From positions 1 to 60,158 of the forward strand of contig JABMQZ010000235.1 of NCBI GenBank assembly GCA_013202965.1: a stretch of 60,158 nt of DNA. The letters run 5' to 3'. Both the position numbers and the translations under genes were made by a program. Below the pieces are notes generated by a model. It saw only the letters and a list, made by a program, of their open reading frames with translations, did not search any database and was not told where the DNA came from. The stretch's first letter is position 1. The number at the start of each line of letters is the position of its first letter. Of this stretch, positions 58,393 through 60,158 are shown one piece after another. The stretch comes from Bacteroidota bacterium (lineage in GTDB: Bacteria; Bacteroidota; Bacteroidia; Bacteroidales; B18-G4).

Positions 58393-59466
58393 TTAATTCC
58401 TGTTTATGCAATTCAGATCCTCAAAAGCGACTTTAAGTCTTTCAATAATGCTGATTTCGCCTTCACGCAGCCATTTGCGCGGATCATAATACTTTTTGTT
58501 CGGTTTATCTTCACCTTCAGGGTTGCCGATCTGGCTCTGCAGGAAGTCATTGTATTTCTTTGCATACCCATGCACCCCATCCCAGAATGCCCATTGGGTG
58601 TCAGTGTCGATGTTCATCTTGATCACCCCATAGGAGATGGCTTCACGGATTTTTTCCGGGGCAGAGCCGGAGCCACCATGGAAAACAAAATCCAAAGGTT
58701 TTGGCCCGGTACCATATTTTTCCTCAACATATTTCTGGGAATTGTGAAGGATGAGCGGCTCAAGTTTCACATTACCAGGCTTATAAACACCATGAACATT
58801 CCCGAATGAAGCAGCAATGGTAAAGCGATCACTGACTTCTCTCAACTGTTCAAATGCATAGGCCACATCTTCCGGTTGGGTATACAGTTTGGAGCTGTCA
58901 ATATCTGTATTGTCAACACCATCTTCTTCCCCACCGGTAATGCCCAATTCAATTTCTAATGTCATGCCCAGCTTTTCCATCCTGATAAAATATTCTTTAC
59001 AAGTTGCGATATTTTCTTCCAGTGGTTCTTCGGAGAGGTCGAGCATATGGGAAGAAAACAATGGTTTGCCATGGGCTTCAAAAAATTCTTCTCCGGCTTC
59101 CATCAGCCCGTCGATCCAGGGGAGAAGCTTGCGTGCTGCATGGTCGGTATGCAAGATCACAGGCACGCCGTAATAATCGGCCATCTGATGTATATGCATG
59201 GCCCCGGAAATGGTTCCTGCAATGGCGGCTTCCATTCCGGAAACCCCTTTGCCGGCATAAAAAGCACCACCGCCGTTAGAGAATTGTATGATCACCGGAG
59301 AATTCACGATTTTGGCTGCTTCCAACACGGCGTTGATGGAATTGCTTCCCACCACATTCACTGCCGGAATGGCAAATTCATTGGCTTTTGCGATACGGAA
59401 TATTTCCTGGACATCGTCTCCTGTCACTACGCCCGGACTGACTTTATCAAAGATCTTTTCTGACAT
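58393..59466 (-). CDS. fbaA: Class II fructose-bisphosphate aldolase
   Basis: I trimmed the ORF to the ATG at 59466 (MSEKIFDKV...). Carries HTDHA and FHGGSG motifs. Confidence 0.93.
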   Translation of the reverse strand: MSEKIFDKVSPGVVTGDDVQEIFRIAKANEFAIPAVNVVGSNSINAVLEAAKIVNSPVIIQFSNGGGAFYAGKGVSGMEAAIAGTISGAMHIHQMADYYGVPVILHTDHAARKLLPWIDGLMEAGEEFFEAHGKPLFSSHMLDLSEEPLEENIATCKEYFIRMEKLGMTLEIELGITGGEEDGVDNTDIDSSKLYTQPEDVAYAFEQLREVSDRFTIAASFGNVHGVYKPGNVKLEPLILHNSQKYVEEKYGTGPKPLDFVFHGGSGSAPEKIREAISYGVIKMNIDTDTQWAFWDGVHGYAKKYNDFLQSQIGNPEGEDKPNKKYYDPRKWLREGEISIIERLKVAFEDLNCINRN

Positions 59467-59564
59467 GATTTTTAGCTGTTTATTTGTTAGCAAATTGAAG
59501 GGGTAAAGGTAGTAAAATCCTTTCAGATTGACGAGGCTGCTTATTGGGGTTTATTCGTTTAGTT

Positions 59565-59725
59565 GTCAGGTATGAGGTACGGGGGACGGGGGACGGGGGA
59601 CGGGGTTAAGGAGTTCCGAGTGCCTAGTTCCGAGTTCCTGGTGAAGAATTTAAGTGTGGAGTGATCAGTATCGAATGTAGAATTCATTTAAAATTTAAAA
59701 TTCAAAACTTAAAACTGCAATTTAC
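59565..59725. repeat. Heptamer word array, 23 consecutive units
   Basis: GTCAGGT ATGAGGT ACGGGGG x3 ACGGGGT TAAGGAG TTCCGAG TGCCTAG TTCCGAG TTCCTGG TGAAGAA TTTAAGT GTGGAGT GATCAGT ATCGAAT GTAGAAT TCATTTA AAATTTA AAATTCA AAACTTA AAACTGC AATTTAC. The periodicity is obvious for units 1-11 and 18-23 and weaker for units 12-17. Confidence 0.85.
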
Positions 59726-59733
59726 TATCTTTG
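59726..59733 (+). promoter_or_regulatory. Candidate -7 promoter box (TAnnTTTG) upstream of tRNA-Arg
   Basis: TATCTTTG lies 104 nt upstream of the mature tRNA 5' end. Confidence 0.3.
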
Positions 59734-59780
59734 CACTCACCTATCGAAAATCGTCAATCACATCGAAAATCGACAACCGA

Positions 59781-59810
59781 CCCGCCTTCGCTAAAGCTAC
59801 GGCGGACAGG
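59781..59810 (+). repeat. Conserved hairpin core (third copy), embedded in ATCGACA-type words
   Basis: CCCGCCTTCGCTAAAGCTACGGCGGACAGG. It aligns with 38282-38310 (+) and 7362-7390 (-) around the invariant GCTAAAGCT. Confidence 0.8.
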
Positions 59811-59837
59811 CAATCGACAATCGACAATTTCCGAATG

Positions 59838-59910
59838 GGCCCCGTAGTTCAATGGATAGAACGTCAGATTCCGGTTCTGAAGGTTGTGGGTTCGACTCCC
59901 GCCGGGGTCA
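59838..59910 (+). tRNA. tRNA-Arg (anticodon CCG)
   Basis: Hand-folded cloverleaf. Acceptor GGCCCCG/CGGGGTC, D arm GTTC-AATGGATA-GAAC, anticodon arm TCAGA-TTCCGGT-TCTGA, variable AGGTT, T arm GTGGG-TTCGACT-CCCGC, discriminator A. No encoded CCA. Confidence 0.9.
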
Positions 59911-59950
59911 CAAAATCAAATAGCCGCTCTCGAGCGGCTATTTGATTTTG
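59911..59950 (+). terminator. Perfect 19-bp hairpin immediately after the tRNA (putative terminator or processing structure)
   Basis: CAAAATCAAATAGCCGCTC TC GAGCGGCTATTTGATTTTG. The 3' arm is U-rich. Confidence 0.6.
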
Positions 59951-60028
59951 TCCTTCTCCTATCTTATATCGCCTTCACCCATCGCCTTCTATTGTTGGTA
60001 AGAGTGTCCAAATTTCAATCAAATGATT

Positions 60029-60141
60029 CCTCGTGGCTTTCCGCGAGGTTTCCTAATAAGCTCCCCTGATTTTCAGGGGAGATGTGCCGCTTTTGCGGGA
60101 CAGAGGGGTATTATAAAAATCTGGTTCCGCCTTTGGCGGAA
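60029..60141. repeat. Cluster of four short hairpins with T-rich 3-5 nt loops
   Basis: CCTCGTGG-CTTT-CCGCGAGG (60029-60048). CTCCCCTG-ATTTT-CAGGGGAG (60061-60081). CCGC-TTTT-GCGG followed by GACAG (60087-60104). TTCCGCC-TTT-GGCGGAA (60125-60141). Confidence 0.8.
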
Positions 60142-60158
60142 TGAAATTGGGTTAATAC

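Noticed and set aside
3421-59725. CRISPR array interpretation of the periodic tracts
   Set aside because: The units are only 7-8 nt, with no repeat-spacer alternation. There are no cas genes in the window and no leader-like organisation.
59661-59945. 94-aa plus-strand ORF
   Set aside because: It runs through the tRNA-Arg gene and the word array, so it is not coding.
1-60158. Mobile elements, prophage or defence island
   Set aside because: No transposase, integrase, phage structural, restriction-modification, toxin-antitoxin or known defence signatures were recognised. The PIN-PhoH protein is a widespread housekeeping-type family. The tRNA at the window end could be an integration site, but the downstream sequence is not available.

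Overview
Chromosomal, housekeeping-dominated segment that looks like a Bacteroidota genome. Support: the type IX secretion (T9SS) translocon gene sprA, a T9SS C-terminal-domain cargo gene, TonB, and TAnnTTTG-type -7 promoter boxes. I call about 45 protein genes, one tRNA-Arg(CCG), one gene relic and several intrinsic terminators. Content runs as follows: a biotin carboxyltransferase (5' truncated), acyl-CoA dehydrogenase, acetoacetyl-CoA synthetase and lnt. Next is a MacB/FtsX-type ABC exporter operon with a HlyD adaptor, divergent from a sigma-54-dependent two-component system. Then nitroreductase, glutaminyl cyclase, a PIN-PhoH ATPase, polA, class II RNR nrdJ, tonB-vanZ-gcvH, T9SS cargo, ruvA-sprA, maeB, mdh, a Sir2 deacylase and recX. 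Then a lipoprotein, prfB (programmed +1 frameshift, which the ORF track misses), an ArsC-family protein, fumC, an M20 amidohydrolase and mtnA. Then a radical SAM gene plus a helical-repeat protein, polyprenyl synthase, a CAP-domain protein, an OM beta-barrel, queG-ruvB, usp-SPOR-usp, fba and tRNA-Arg. I see no CRISPR, transposase, integrase or recognisable defence genes, and no convincing novel protein system. The most unusual signal is non-coding. At least 10 of the roughly 45 intergenic gaps are filled with gap-free 7-nt or 8-nt periodic arrays of stepwise-mutating 'words'. Word families are shared between distant loci. Three arrays are interrupted by a conserved ~30-nt hairpin core that shows compensatory substitutions, and there are additional short CCGCC/GGCGG-type hairpins. 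All functional readings of these tracts are inference. Protein calls rest on recalled family motifs, not on database searches.
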